Shown here piece after piece: positions 1 through 9,193 of a DNA stretch of 32,472 nt; the first letter of the stretch is position 1; each line of letters opens with the position of its first letter. Origin of the DNA: Deltaproteobacteria bacterium. Lineage in GTDB: Bacteria > Desulfobacterota > GWC2-55-46. The notes beneath the pieces were generated by a model, which saw only the letters and a program-made list of their open reading frames with translations, was not told the origin of the DNA and ran no database searches. The translations under genes were made by a program, and so were the position numbers. The stretch lies in contig JACREV010000048.1 of NCBI GenBank assembly GCA_016218095.1, forward strand, positions 1 through 32,472, in the 5' to 3' direction.

Positions 1-1
1 C

Positions 2-2380
2 CCTGACGTCGTCTGGACGGCCTCGGAGGACGGCCAAGTCGTCTTCACGAGCGCCAATGTCACGGAGGTAATGGGCTATACCCCTGAGGAGATATACGCC
101 GACCCGCGGATATGGTTCTCCAGCGTCCACCCCGAAGACCTTGAAAGAGTCACAAGGGCCTATGAGTACCTCTTCTCCATGAGCAAGGTCTTCGACGAGG
201 TCTACAGGATGCGGAGGAAGGACGGTCAATGGATATGGGTCAACGACAGGGCCACTTCAGCATACGAGAAGGACCGGACGAGGTACGCCGACGGGGTCTT
301 CTCGGACATAACGGAGAAGAAGCTCGCCGAGGAGAGGATAGAGAGGCTCACTCGTCTTTACGCCGTATTGAGCAGGATAAACGAGGCGATAGTCCGCAAC
401 CGTGACATCGAGAAGCTCTACGATGAGGCGTGCAGGGTAGCGGTTGAGGAGGGCGGGTTCCTCTTTGCCTGGATAGGAGTCTCCGAAGGGGAGGGGCCTT
501 TAAGGCTCGTTGCCGCCCATGGGGGGTGCTCAGGCCATGACGAGTGTGTACGTATAGGCATTATGGATGAGGCGGCGGGCAGGGGGCCGACCGGGACCGC
601 CGTCCGCGAGGGCAGGCACGTGGTCTGCAACGACATCGGCAGCGACCCTGACATGGCCCAATGGATGGAGAGGGCGCTTGAGTGCGGGTTCAGGTCCTTG
701 GCCGCGATCCCTCTCTGGAGGGGAGGAAAACCCATGGGCGCGATGAGCTTCTTCTCCGGGGTCCAGGGCTCTTTCAACGAGGAAGACGTCCGTCTCCTCG
801 CCGCGCTCGCCGCCGACATCTCCTACGCCATGGAGTCGATCGAGTCCGAGAGGAAGGCGAAGAACGCGGACGAGGCAAGGAGTGAGCTTGCCCTCGAGTA
901 CGAGGAGCTCGCGAACAACCTGACCGTCGGCATCTTCAGGACGACCGAGAGCGCGGACGCCCGATTCCTCGAGGTCAACCGCGCGCTCGTGGAGATGCTC
1001 GAGGCCTCTTCAAGGGAGGAGCTCATGGAGACGGGCGTGGGCACTTTCTACTGGGACCCTGCAAGGAGGGGCGAGATAATCGGGAAGCTCGCCAGGGAAG
1101 GGGCCGTCAGGGGCGAGGAGGCGGAGTTCAAGACCCTGAAGGGCAGGAGGTTCTGGGGCTCGATTACGGCCGTAAGGAAGACGAAGGGCGGAGAGGCGTT
1201 CCTCGACGGCATCGTCGAGGACATAACCGAGAGGAAAAAACTCGAGGAGCAGTTCAGGCAGGCCCAGAAGATGGAGGCGGTGGGCCAGCTCGCCGGAGGG
1301 ATCGCCCATGACTTCAACAACATCCTTACCGCCCTCATCGGTTACGGGAACCTCCTGATAATGAAAAAAGGGAATGACGACCTTGTAAGGGGCTACGCCG
1401 ACCACATGCTTACCCTCTCCGAGAAGGCGGCATCCCTCACACAGGGGCTCCTCGCCTTCAGCAGGAAGCAGGTAATGAACCCCCAGCCCACGGATATGAA
1501 CGAGCTCGTCGGGCGCATCGAGAAGATATTGAAACGGCTCATCGGAGAGGACATAGAGCTTGTGGTCTCGCTCACAGCCGAGCCCCTTGTCGTGAGGGCC
1601 GACCCGCCGCAGATAGAGCACGTCCTCATGAACCTCGCCACAAACGCCAGGGACGCGATGCCCGGGGGCGGAAGGATCACGATCGCGATGGATTCCGCCG
1701 AGCTCGGGCGCGAGTTCGTCGATTCCCACGGCGCAGGGGCCCCCGGCGGGTACGCGGTGATCGCGTTCTCCGACACCGGCGCGGGCATGTCCGAGGACGT
1801 GGTCAAGAGGATATTCGAGCCTTTCTTCACCACAAAGGAGGTCGGCAAGGGCACCGGGCTCGGCCTCTCCATGGTCTACGGCATAGTGAAACAGCATAAC
1901 GGCCTCATAGACATCTCGAGCAAGCCCGGCGCGGGGACGACCTTCAGGCTATACTTCCCACTCGCCGATGAGGCCTTCCAGCGCGTCGAGCCGCAGAAGT
2001 TCCTCGTCCGCGGCGGCACCGAGACGGTGCTTCTCGCCGAGGACGAGGAGGACGTGAGGAACATCACGAAGACCATGCTCCAGGAGTTCGGGTACCGCGT
2101 CATCACGGCCGTCGACGGCGAGGACGCCATCGCCAGGTTCATGGAGAACAAGGACTCGATCGCCCTCCTCATCCTCGACATAGTCATGCCGAAAAAGGCC
2201 GGAAACGAGGTCTTCGAAATGATAAGGTCCGTAAGGCCGGATATAAAGGTGATCTTCACGAGCGGGTACTCCTCCGACATCGTGAGGTCCAAAGGTCTCG
2301 CCGGAGCGCGCGACTTCATCTCAAAGCCGGTCTCGCCGAGCGAGTTCCTTAAAAGAGTGAGGGAGGTAATCGAAAGATGA
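2..2380 (+). CDS. Hybrid sensor histidine kinase/response regulator (PAS-GAF-PAS-HisKA-HATPase-REC), 5'-truncated by window edge
   Basis: The frame is open from base 2 ([29 protein letters not shown]-like), so the true start is upstream. H-box [13 protein letters not shown]-box [11 protein letters not shown]1 DTGAGM, F/G2 [18 protein letters not shown], and a C-terminal receiver (LAEDE...ILDIVMP...FISKP). Confidence 0.93.
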   Translation, partial: PDVVWTASEDGQVVFTSANVTEVMGYTPEEIYADPRIWFSSVHPEDLERVTRAYEYLFSMSKVFDEVYRMRRKDGQWIWVNDRATSAYEKDRTRYADGVFSDITEKKLAEERIERLTRLYAVLSRINEAIVRNRDIEKLYDEACRVAVEEGGFLFAWIGVSEGEGPLRLVAAHGGCSGHDECVRIGIMDEAAGRGPTGTAVREGRHVVCNDIGSDPDMAQWMERALECGFRSLAAIPLWRGGKPMGAMSFFSGVQGSFNEEDVRLLAALAADISYAMESIESERKAKNADEARSELALEYEELANNLTVGIFRTTESADARFLEVNRALVEMLEASSREELMETGVGTFYWDPARRGEIIGKLAREGAVRGEEAEFKTLKGRRFWGSITAVRKTKGGEAFLDGIVEDITERKKLEEQFRQAQKMEAVGQLAGGIAHDFNNILTALIGYGNLLIMKKGNDDLVRGYADHMLTLSEKAASLTQGLLAFSRKQVMNPQPTDMNELVGRIEKILKRLIGEDIELVVSLTAEPLVVRADPPQIEHVLMNLATNARDAMPGGGRITIAMDSAELGREFVDSHGAGAPGGYAVIAFSDTGAGMSEDVVKRIFEPFFTTKEVGKGTGLGLSMVYGIVKQHNGLIDISSKPGAGTTFRLYFPLADEAFQRVEPQKFLVRGGTETVLLAEDEEDVRNITKTMLQEFGYRVITAVDGEDAIARFMENKDSIALLILDIVMPKKAGNEVFEMIRSVRPDIKVIFTSGYSSDIVRSKGLAGARDFISKPVSPSEFLKRVREVIER

Positions 2381-3450
2381 GCGAGCTTCAGGAGGGTACC
2401 GTTCTCGTAGTCGACGACAACGCCTTTGTCCTCGACAGCACCTCTCTCCTCCTTTCGGGATACGGTTTTTCCGTCTATCCGTTCACGGACCCCGCGGAGG
2501 CGGTAAAAAGGTTCTCTGAGAGAAGTTTCGACGCGGTCCTGACCGATGTCAAGATGCCGGGCATGTCCGGGATAGACCTCCTGGAAAAGATACACTCCGT
2601 GAACAAGGAGGTCCCGGTAATACTCATGACCGCCTACGCGGAGCTCGACATGGCGGTAAACGCCATAAAGCAGGGGGCGTTCGACTTCATAATAAAGCCG
2701 TATAAGCCCGAGTACCTCCTCCATTCCGTGAAAAAGGCCGTCAATTACAACAGGCTCCTCCATATAGAGAGGGACTACAAGTTGAAGCTCGAGGAGGACG
2801 TGAAAAAGAGGACGCACGAGCTCGCCCACGCACTCAACATGGTAAAATCGATGTCCCGGGAGATCGTCCACAGGATGACGGCCGTCGCCGAGTACAGGGA
2901 CACCGACACGGGCGCGCACATCAAGAGGATCGGGCTCTACTCGGGCGCTCTCGCCGAGGAGCTCGGGAAGGACGCGGAGTTCGTCGAGAACATCACCTTC
3001 GCAAGCCCCATGCACGACATAGGCAAGATCGGCATCCCGGACAGCATACTCCTTAAGCCAGGCAAGCTCACCTCCGAGGAGTTCGAGGTGATGAAGACCC
3101 ACACGACGATAGGCAACAAGATGCTCATCGACTCCCCGCACGAGAACATACAGCTCGCGGCCTCCATCGCCATAAATCACCACGAGAGGTGGGACGGGAC
3201 AGGATACCCAAGGGGCCTCAAGGGCGCCGAAACTCCCCTTGAAGGCAGGATAGTCATGCTCGTCGACCAGTACGACGCCTTAAGGAGCAAGCGCCCATAT
3301 AAGCCCTCCCTTACGCACAAGGAGGTCATGGGTATAATGCTCGATGGCGACGGCAGGACAAGCCCCTCGCATTTCGACCCGGAGATCATGGAAGCGTTCA
3401 GGAAGACAGCCCTGGACTTTAACGACATCTATGAGGGGCACCTGGACTAA
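2377..3450 (+). CDS. Response regulator with HD-GYP cyclic-dinucleotide phosphodiesterase domain (RpfG-like)
   Basis: Receiver VVDD...LTDVKMPG...IIKP. HD motif MHDIGKIGIPD, HHERWDGTGYP, D-x-YDAL-x3-RPYK. The start overlaps the kinase stop (ATGA at 2377-2380). Confidence 0.93.
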   Translation: MSELQEGTVLVVDDNAFVLDSTSLLLSGYGFSVYPFTDPAEAVKRFSERSFDAVLTDVKMPGMSGIDLLEKIHSVNKEVPVILMTAYAELDMAVNAIKQGAFDFIIKPYKPEYLLHSVKKAVNYNRLLHIERDYKLKLEEDVKKRTHELAHALNMVKSMSREIVHRMTAVAEYRDTDTGAHIKRIGLYSGALAEELGKDAEFVENITFASPMHDIGKIGIPDSILLKPGKLTSEEFEVMKTHTTIGNKMLIDSPHENIQLAASIAINHHERWDGTGYPRGLKGAETPLEGRIVMLVDQYDALRSKRPYKPSLTHKEVMGIMLDGDGRTSPSHFDPEIMEAFRKTALDFNDIYEGHLD

Positions 3451-3480
3451 ATGCAGTAAATACGCGGTGTTTACAGCCTG

Positions 3481-3513
3481 TCTAATCATGTTTTAATCTG
3501 CGTGTGGTAGGAT
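3481..3513 (+). promoter_or_regulatory. Direct-repeat box TCTAATC-N3-TTTTAATC plus extended -10 (TG-G-TAGGAT), candidate OmpR-family binding site/promoter
   Basis: TAATC at 3483-3487 and 3494-3498 (11-bp period). -10-like TAGGAT at 3508-3513. The same 15 fixed bases recur at 6673-6690. Confidence 0.55.
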
Positions 3514-3644
3514 GTCCGGGAGGGCCTGAGCGGGAGGGTCTTAAGGACGATGCGCGGCTTGGCCCCGACGTTGGGGCTCGCTAAGAAGCGAGGCAGGCTG
3601 ACAGGCTTTTACGCTCAGCATAAAGGCGGCATGAAAGGACCTCG

Positions 3645-4316
3645 ATGACAGGAAGAGAAGAAAAAGAGCGCATCATGCTGGACGCATGGGACTGGCAGAC
3701 CCGCGCCCTGCACTGGATAAACGCTCTGCTCGTCATAACGCTCGCCCTTTTAATGCTCGGCAAGGAAGGGATGGAACTGCTCGGGGTGGAAAGGGCGCTC
3801 CGAAGACCCCTTAATTTCGCGCACGCCTACGCCGGATACGCATTCATCGTTACCTTTTCTCTCCGGGTCGTCTGGGCCTTTGTGGGGAACGCTTACGCGA
3901 GGTGGGCGGACTTTATCCCGTCAAGCAGAGAGCAGAGGGAGGGCGTGGTCAAGGACATAAAGTGGTACTTGAGCGGCTTCAAATCGAGCCCGGCGCGCGC
4001 CGTCGGCCACGACCCGCTCGCTTCACTCTTCTACATAGTCCTTTTCGTCGTGCTCGCGAGCCAGGCGACGACCGGGCTCATACTCTCAGGGGCCGAGCTC
4101 AAGATGGGGCCTCTCTCCGGACTTTTCACCGGCATGAGCGAGGAGGCTATAAAGGGTATCGCGGAGGCGCTCGAAGCGGTCCACGAGATAGGCTTCCTCT
4201 ACATCCTCTTTTTCATCTTCGCGCATATCATCGGCCTCGTGGTCCATGAGATATCGGAGAAGACCGGGCTTTTCTCATCGATGATACACGGAAAGAAGTA
4301 CTTTCCGAAGGAATGA
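3645..4316 (+). CDS. Diheme cytochrome b membrane protein (Ni-hydrogenase cytochrome b / cytochrome b561 family)
   Basis: Four hydrophobic helices. WD-x2-TRALHW, HAYAG, R-x2-W-x-F-x-G-x2-YARW, GHDPL, HEIG and HIIG, giving four candidate heme-ligand His. SD-like AAAGGA upstream. Confidence 0.85.
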   Translation: MTGREEKERIMLDAWDWQTRALHWINALLVITLALLMLGKEGMELLGVERALRRPLNFAHAYAGYAFIVTFSLRVVWAFVGNAYARWADFIPSSREQREGVVKDIKWYLSGFKSSPARAVGHDPLASLFYIVLFVVLASQATTGLILSGAELKMGPLSGLFTGMSEEAIKGIAEALEAVHEIGFLYILFFIFAHIIGLVVHEISEKTGLFSSMIHGKKYFPKE

Positions 4317-4343
4317 CCTTAACCCAAAGGAGGAGTGTGAAAA

Positions 4344-5015
4344 TTGCGGATACTTCTGGTTGAGGACGAAAAAGACCTCGCTATGATCGTAAAGCAGGGG
4401 CTCGAGGAGGAAGGCTACGTCGTCGACGTGGCCCACGACGGCGAAGAAGGGCTCTACATGGCCGAGAACTACCCGGTCGACGCGGTGATCCTCGATATAA
4501 TGCTCCCCCTCATGGACGGCCTTGCGGTCCTCTCCAACATGAGGAAGAAGGGGATAGCGACACCCGTCATACTCCTTACCGCCAGGGACGCGCTCCTCGA
4601 CAAGATAAAGGGGCTCGACACCGGCGCGGACGACTACCTTACAAAGCCCTTCGTATTCGAGGAGCTGCTGGCGAGGGTCCGCTCGTTACTCCGGCGGAAG
4701 GCCACCGTCAAGGAGGCGGTCATAAGGATAGCGGACCTCGAGATAAACACCGCGAGCCACGAGGTGAAAAGAGGGGGCAAATCCATCGCGCTCTCCGCCA
4801 AGGAGTACGCGCTCCTTGAGTACCTCGCCTACAAGAAGAACACGGTCGTCTCCCGGACGGACATCGTCGAGCACATCTATCACGAGGACACGGACATGGA
4901 CTCCAACGTCGTCGACGTCTACATAAATTATCTTCGGAACAAGATAGACAAGGAGTCCAAGGTGAAGCTCATCCAGACGGTACGCGGGGCTGGATACATG
5001 CTGAAGGAAGAGTAA
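4344..5015 (+). CDS. OmpR/PhoB-family DNA-binding response regulator
   Basis: RILLVEDE, ILDIMLP, GADDYLTKPF, winged-helix tail SNVVDVYINYLRNKID...IQTVRGAGY. TTG start with AGGAGGA upstream. Confidence 0.95.
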   Translation: MRILLVEDEKDLAMIVKQGLEEEGYVVDVAHDGEEGLYMAENYPVDAVILDIMLPLMDGLAVLSNMRKKGIATPVILLTARDALLDKIKGLDTGADDYLTKPFVFEELLARVRSLLRRKATVKEAVIRIADLEINTASHEVKRGGKSIALSAKEYALLEYLAYKKNTVVSRTDIVEHIYHEDTDMDSNVVDVYINYLRNKIDKESKVKLIQTVRGAGYMLKEE

Positions 5016-5024
5016 GGGGCGGCG

Positions 5025-6437
5025 ATGTTCAACTCGATAAAACTCAGGATTGTCATCTGGTTCCTCGTCGTCTTCTCGATCTTCTTCGCCGGGATAGAGC
5101 TCTTCCTCTACTACAAGCTCGAGGAGGTCACCATACACCTCGCTGACGAGCACCTCCAGTCCGAGGTCGACACGCTCGCGAACCTCATGGCCATAGAAGA
5201 GGCCCAAGGACAGCTCGAGAGCGAGTTGCAGGAGCTCGCCGCGGCCGTCACGGGCGTATATTCCGAGAAGCTCTCCGGCCACTATTACCAGATAGTCTCC
5301 GAGGACGGCAAGGTGCTCGTGCGCTCCCCGTCGCTCGCGCTCGCAGATGAGTCCCTCCCGGTCTATGTCGGGTCTGAGGAAGGCGAGTTCAGGACGATAC
5401 CCGGCCCCGGCAACGAGCTCATGAGGCTCACGAGCCAGTCGTTCCAGTTCTCGGTCGGAAAGCTCACCTTCCAGGCCGCCGACTCGCTCGAGGATACCCA
5501 GGAGCTCTTGAGCTCGTTCAGGAACGTCGTCCTCGCCATATTCCCCGTCGTTTTCGTGATATGCGGCATAGGGGTATTCCTTATGACGGGGTGGGCCTTG
5601 AAGCCCATCCGGGCCTTCACCGGCAAGATCGGCCAGATAACCGAAGAGAACCTCGCGGAGAGGGTCGAGGAGAGGGGGGTCGTAATGGAGCTGAAGCCGC
5701 TCGCGTCCTCCTTCAACACGATGCTCGGGCGTCTCGAGGAGTCGTTCTCGCGCCAGAAGCAGTTCCTATCCGACGCCTCGCACGAGCTCCGGACGCCTAC
5801 CTCCATAATAAAGAGCTTCTGCGACGTGACGCTCGGGCGAGAGCGCGCTCCGAGCGACTACAAGGAGGCGATAAAGAAGATCGGCGACACCGTCAACCGC
5901 ATGTGCGACATCATAAACAGGATACTCGTCATCTCCAGGCTCGACAACAAGACCATCCAGTTCAAGCCCGTGAGGATGGACCTCATGGACCTCATGAAGG
6001 ACGTATTGAAGCTCATCGAGATCTCGGCCGCCAGCAAGGGGATAGGGATAAAGCTCGAAGGGAAGAACGTGAGCGTCAGGGGCGACAGGGAAGGTTTGAC
6101 CGAGGTCTTCACGAACATCGTCGAGAACGCGATAAAGTACAACAAGCCGCAGGGCAGGGTCGAGATAGCCGTAAATGAATCGAACGGCGGAGTGCTCGTC
6201 ACTGTCACGGATACCGGCATAGGCATCCCCGAGGGCGAACAGGAGAAGATATTCGACAGGTTCTACAGGGTCGACGCGAGCCGTGGCGTGACCGTGGGGA
6301 GCGGGCTCGGTCTCTCGATAGTAAAGACCATCGTAGAGGCCCATGGAGGAAAGATAGAAGTGCAGAGCCGGCTCGGGAGCGGCACTACTTTTAACGTATA
6401 CCTCCCCAAGGACCTCGATCTGAAGAACAACGTTTAA
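5025..6437 (+). CDS. Membrane sensor histidine kinase (TM-periplasmic-TM-HAMP-HisKA-HATPase; CusS/QseC-like)
   Basis: Two TM helices, HAMP, DASHELRTP, NIVENAIKY, DTGIGI, IFDRFYR, GSGLGLSI. Lies directly downstream of the regulator. Confidence 0.95.
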   Translation: MFNSIKLRIVIWFLVVFSIFFAGIELFLYYKLEEVTIHLADEHLQSEVDTLANLMAIEEAQGQLESELQELAAAVTGVYSEKLSGHYYQIVSEDGKVLVRSPSLALADESLPVYVGSEEGEFRTIPGPGNELMRLTSQSFQFSVGKLTFQAADSLEDTQELLSSFRNVVLAIFPVVFVICGIGVFLMTGWALKPIRAFTGKIGQITEENLAERVEERGVVMELKPLASSFNTMLGRLEESFSRQKQFLSDASHELRTPTSIIKSFCDVTLGRERAPSDYKEAIKKIGDTVNRMCDIINRILVISRLDNKTIQFKPVRMDLMDLMKDVLKLIEISAASKGIGIKLEGKNVSVRGDREGLTEVFTNIVENAIKYNKPQGRVEIAVNESNGGVLVTVTDTGIGIPEGEQEKIFDRFYRVDASRGVTVGSGLGLSIVKTIVEAHGGKIEVQSRLGSGTTFNVYLPKDLDLKNNV

Positions 6438-6672
6438 GGCCTGAAAAGTTTTCATACATCTATCGCTAGCCCGCTTAGGAAACGTCCGTGCCTTCGAAAG
6501 GTCCGAAGCGGGGCGTTACCTGGCGGGCTCTCGTGTCTTTAATCTAAAATCGCAGATAATCCAGCTGGTTACCTCTTTAAAAGGCATTCCAGCCCCGGCG
6601 AGGCTGAGCCGCTAAATCCCCGAGTCACACGCCATCTCCTTTACAACCCCTTGAATTTACCCCTCTTTTTGC

Positions 6673-6706
6673 TCTAATCTCTTTTTAATCGGCCCTCCCT
6701 TATAAT
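6673..6706 (+). promoter_or_regulatory. Second TCTAATC-N3-TTTTAATC box followed 10 bp later by TATAAT
   Basis: 6673-6690 tctaatc-tct-ttttaatc. Perfect -10 TATAAT at 6701-6706, upstream of the 6732 ORF. Confidence 0.6.
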
Positions 6707-6731
6707 CTATGCTGTGTAAAAGGGGTTTTGT

Positions 6732-7088
6732 ATGCATATCATCTTCGACCTTATGGGCACGGTACTCGGCGCTCTCGATATGACCTTAAGGCCGGGCATA
6801 AAAGAGACGATAAGTAGTTTAAGGGCATCAGGCATTGAGGTAAGCTTCTGGACGAGCGGCCCCGTCGATTACTACAAAGATGTCTTGAGGCGGACGGGGA
6901 TAGACGGCGAGATATACAGGAAGGGCGCCATACCGTTCAAGCCCGACGTCTGCGTCGATGACGCGCCTGAGGGCTGGATGCCGGGCAGGGTCTACAGGGT
7001 GAGCATGCATGCCTCTGACACGATGCCCGCGGAACCGATACTCGTAGCAGAGCTGATATCTTCCGGAAGCAATTTCTACTGGGATTGA
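6732..7088 (+). CDS. Small capless HAD-superfamily-like protein
   Basis: Motif I-like IIFDLMGT, LRPG, motif II-like FWTSG, a Lys, and motif IV-like PDVCVDD in only 118 aa. AAGGGG upstream. Confidence 0.65.
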   Translation: MHIIFDLMGTVLGALDMTLRPGIKETISSLRASGIEVSFWTSGPVDYYKDVLRRTGIDGEIYRKGAIPFKPDVCVDDAPEGWMPGRVYRVSMHASDTMPAEPILVAELISSGSNFYWD

Positions 7089-7119
7089 ACGCTTCTCCAC
7101 CCCTGAAAGGAGGCGTATC

Positions 7120-7398
7120 ATGGAACCGAAAAACAGGATAGTCATAGACCTGGTCGCCGGCGGCCCTGAAGACGGCAAAAAGCCCGGGAAGGAATGCGAC
7201 TGCGACTGCCAGGTCTGCAAGTGCGGCAAGAAGAACGGAAAGGGCTACTCCGCCCCTCTCCCCGAGCTCCGGCTCATAAGCTACGAGGAGGAGGCGAAGG
7301 GGCTCTTCTCGATAGTCCGCGGGATGGACGAGAGGATACTCTCCCTGCAGAGGTCGAGGAGATGGCCGGGGAGCGGGAGGGGTTTCAAAAAGCACTAA
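7120..7398 (+). CDS. Small hypothetical protein with a Cys cluster (CDCDCQVCKC)
   Basis: Strong SD AAAGGAGG just before the ATG. Host-like codon use. Probably co-transcribed with 6732-7088. Confidence 0.65.
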   Translation: MEPKNRIVIDLVAGGPEDGKKPGKECDCDCQVCKCGKKNGKGYSAPLPELRLISYEEEAKGLFSIVRGMDERILSLQRSRRWPGSGRGFKKH

Positions 7399-7415
7399 GG
7401 GCCTTGAGAGAGTCT

Positions 7416-8195
7416 CTACCAGAACCCGTCCCGTTCAAGTAAGCGCCGGACGCAAAGAGCGATATTTGCCGCGATGTCCCTGCCGCTGTTAGTTATAAAG
7501 ACCTTGTCTTCCACGGAGAAGGTCTCGGATTCGACCCTTTTCACATCCCTGCCTTCGACGAGGGATTCAAATATCGGGACTATCTTGTCCTTCATCCTGA
7601 GCATCGTGTCCTCGAGGAATATCGCGCCATAAGGTTTCAGCGCCTCGGCCCGCTTAAGAAATGCCGCGACCTCCGCCTCTTCGACGTTCTTCGGGGGAGA
7701 CGACTTCGCCTCCACATAGACGAGCCTGCCTTCAACTGACGCCACGCAGTCGTAGTCGCCCCCTGCCTCGGCCCCTTTAAGACAGAGCCCCCATAGCGCG
7801 GGGGACGAGAGCTCCCGTTCGAATATCTTCGCCACAAGCCACTCCAGGGTATCGCCGAAACTGAAGACCTCTTTTGCCTTCAGCCTGTAAAGGCCTGGAC
7901 CGTTCTCCTCGATGATCTTTAACCCGAGGAGGGACTCGATATATTCGTTTGCCAGCGCCATCCCCGTATACCTTGTCAGGTCGGGAAGAGAGAACGACTC
8001 CTTATTTTTTATCACGTCGCGTATGAATATCCTGAACGAGTACCTCCGGAGCATCAGGTAGAGCGCGTCTTCGGCCTCCCCGGAGACCGAAGGAGGGAAA
8101 AAGAGGTACTGCGTGGGGTTCTTGATCTGTATCTCGAACCCCCTTCTCTTGAGCATCTCCTCGACCGGGTGGCAGGGAATAACAGTCATATGCAA
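7416..8195 (-). CDS. Hypothetical protein with a C-terminal PD-(D/E)XK nuclease-like motif
   Basis: GDTLEWLV...GGDYDCVA...LVYVEAKSSPP fits an E...D...ExK arrangement. GGAGG SD and TG-G-TAGAAT upstream. The start could be 8195 or 8189. Confidence 0.6.
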   Translation of the reverse strand: MHMTVIPCHPVEEMLKRRGFEIQIKNPTQYLFFPPSVSGEAEDALYLMLRRYSFRIFIRDVIKNKESFSLPDLTRYTGMALANEYIESLLGLKIIEENGPGLYRLKAKEVFSFGDTLEWLVAKIFERELSSPALWGLCLKGAEAGGDYDCVASVEGRLVYVEAKSSPPKNVEEAEVAAFLKRAEALKPYGAIFLEDTMLRMKDKIVPIFESLVEGRDVKRVESETFSVEDKVFITNSGRDIAANIALCVRRLLERDGFW

Positions 8196-8256
8196 GCCTC
8201 CGGTCTATATTCTACCATAAGGCTAGAAAGAACCCTCCCGGATGGATCGAAAAAAG

Positions 8257-8284
8257 TGGACTCAAGCCGAATTATTGGTATAAT
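8257..8284 (+). promoter_or_regulatory. Sigma70-type promoter for the aldo/keto reductase (TGGACT-N16-TATAAT, extended TG)
   Basis: TATAAT at 8279-8284, preceded by TG-G. The ATG follows only 8 nt later with no SD. Confidence 0.55.
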
Positions 8285-8292
8285 CTCCCGAT

Positions 8293-9117
8293 ATGGAAAA
8301 ACCTATACCGAAGAGAAGGCTTGGAAAGACCGGACTCGAAGTGACGATACTCGGCCTCGGCGGCGAGGGGATATTGCGGAGCTACGGCCAGGACAAGGCC
8401 GCCGTGGAGATGATCTCGGAGGCGATAGACTTAGGCGTCAACTACCTTGAATCAGCCCGCGCGTACGCCGGGAGCGAACTCTACTACGGAGAGGCGCTGA
8501 AGGGCAAGCGGGAGAAGGTCTATCTCGCGTCCAAATCCCACGCGAGGGATAAAAAAGGCGCTCTCGACCATCTCGACGAGACGCTTCGTAACATGAAGAC
8601 CGACTACCTCGACGTCTGGCAGATACACGATGTCAGGACCGAGGACGATTTCAAGGCCATCTTCGCCCCCGGTGGCGCGCTCGAGGCGTTCGTCGAGGCA
8701 AAGGAGGCCGGAAAGGTCCGCTTCATAGGCGTCACCGGGCACCAGGACCCGCTCATCATAAAGCGCTGTCTCGAGGAGTTCGACTTCGACACCGTCCTCA
8801 TACCTGTAAACCCCGCTGAACAGCACTACAAGCCGTTCCTGGAGGAGATAGTCCCCATAGCAGGCGCGAAGGACATAGGTGTCGTCGCCATGAAGACCTA
8901 CCTTAAAGGCCTCTGGGACGCGCCGAAAAAGCTCCTCTTCAACTACGCCCTCACCCAGCCGGTGGCGACCGCCGTCATAGGCTCGGATAACCTCGAACAG
9001 CTCAAGGAGAACGCAGAGCTCGCCTCGAGCTTCTTCTCGCTCAAGTACAAGGAGATACAGAGGCTCTCCCAGATAGTCTCGCCGTTTGCGAGGGAGCTGC
9101 TCTACTATAAGCCTTAA
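8293..9117 (+). CDS. Aldo/keto reductase
   Basis: RRLGKTGLEVTILGLGG, GVNYLESARAY, ASKS, TDYLDVWQIH, GKVRFIGVTGH, GVVAMK. Confidence 0.92.
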   Translation: MEKPIPKRRLGKTGLEVTILGLGGEGILRSYGQDKAAVEMISEAIDLGVNYLESARAYAGSELYYGEALKGKREKVYLASKSHARDKKGALDHLDETLRNMKTDYLDVWQIHDVRTEDDFKAIFAPGGALEAFVEAKEAGKVRFIGVTGHQDPLIIKRCLEEFDFDTVLIPVNPAEQHYKPFLEEIVPIAGAKDIGVVAMKTYLKGLWDAPKKLLFNYALTQPVATAVIGSDNLEQLKENAELASSFFSLKYKEIQRLSQIVSPFARELLYYKP

Positions 9118-9122
9118 AATAC

Positions 9123-9154
9123 AAACCTCCTGTAGCCCTGCAACAGGAGGTTTT
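9123..9154. terminator. Probable intrinsic terminator between the convergent AKR and methylase genes
   Basis: Stem AAACCTCCTGT (9123-9133) / ACAGGAGGTTT (9143-9153) with short A/T tails. Confidence 0.7.
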
Positions 9155-9193
9155 GCTGGCCAATCTTTCCGAATCGGGTAAGGTTAAATTGTA

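Noticed and set aside
1010-3183. Long antisense ORFs (1010-1897, 1876-3183), and similar ones at 16313-17326, 28149-29033 and 31249-32184
   Set aside because: These are shadow ORFs expected opposite GC-rich genes with strong codon bias. They have no motifs or ribosome-binding sites.
3520-3620. NiCo or other known metal riboswitch
   Set aside because: Only a CTGAGC word resembles it, and I could not find the other conserved junction nucleotides.
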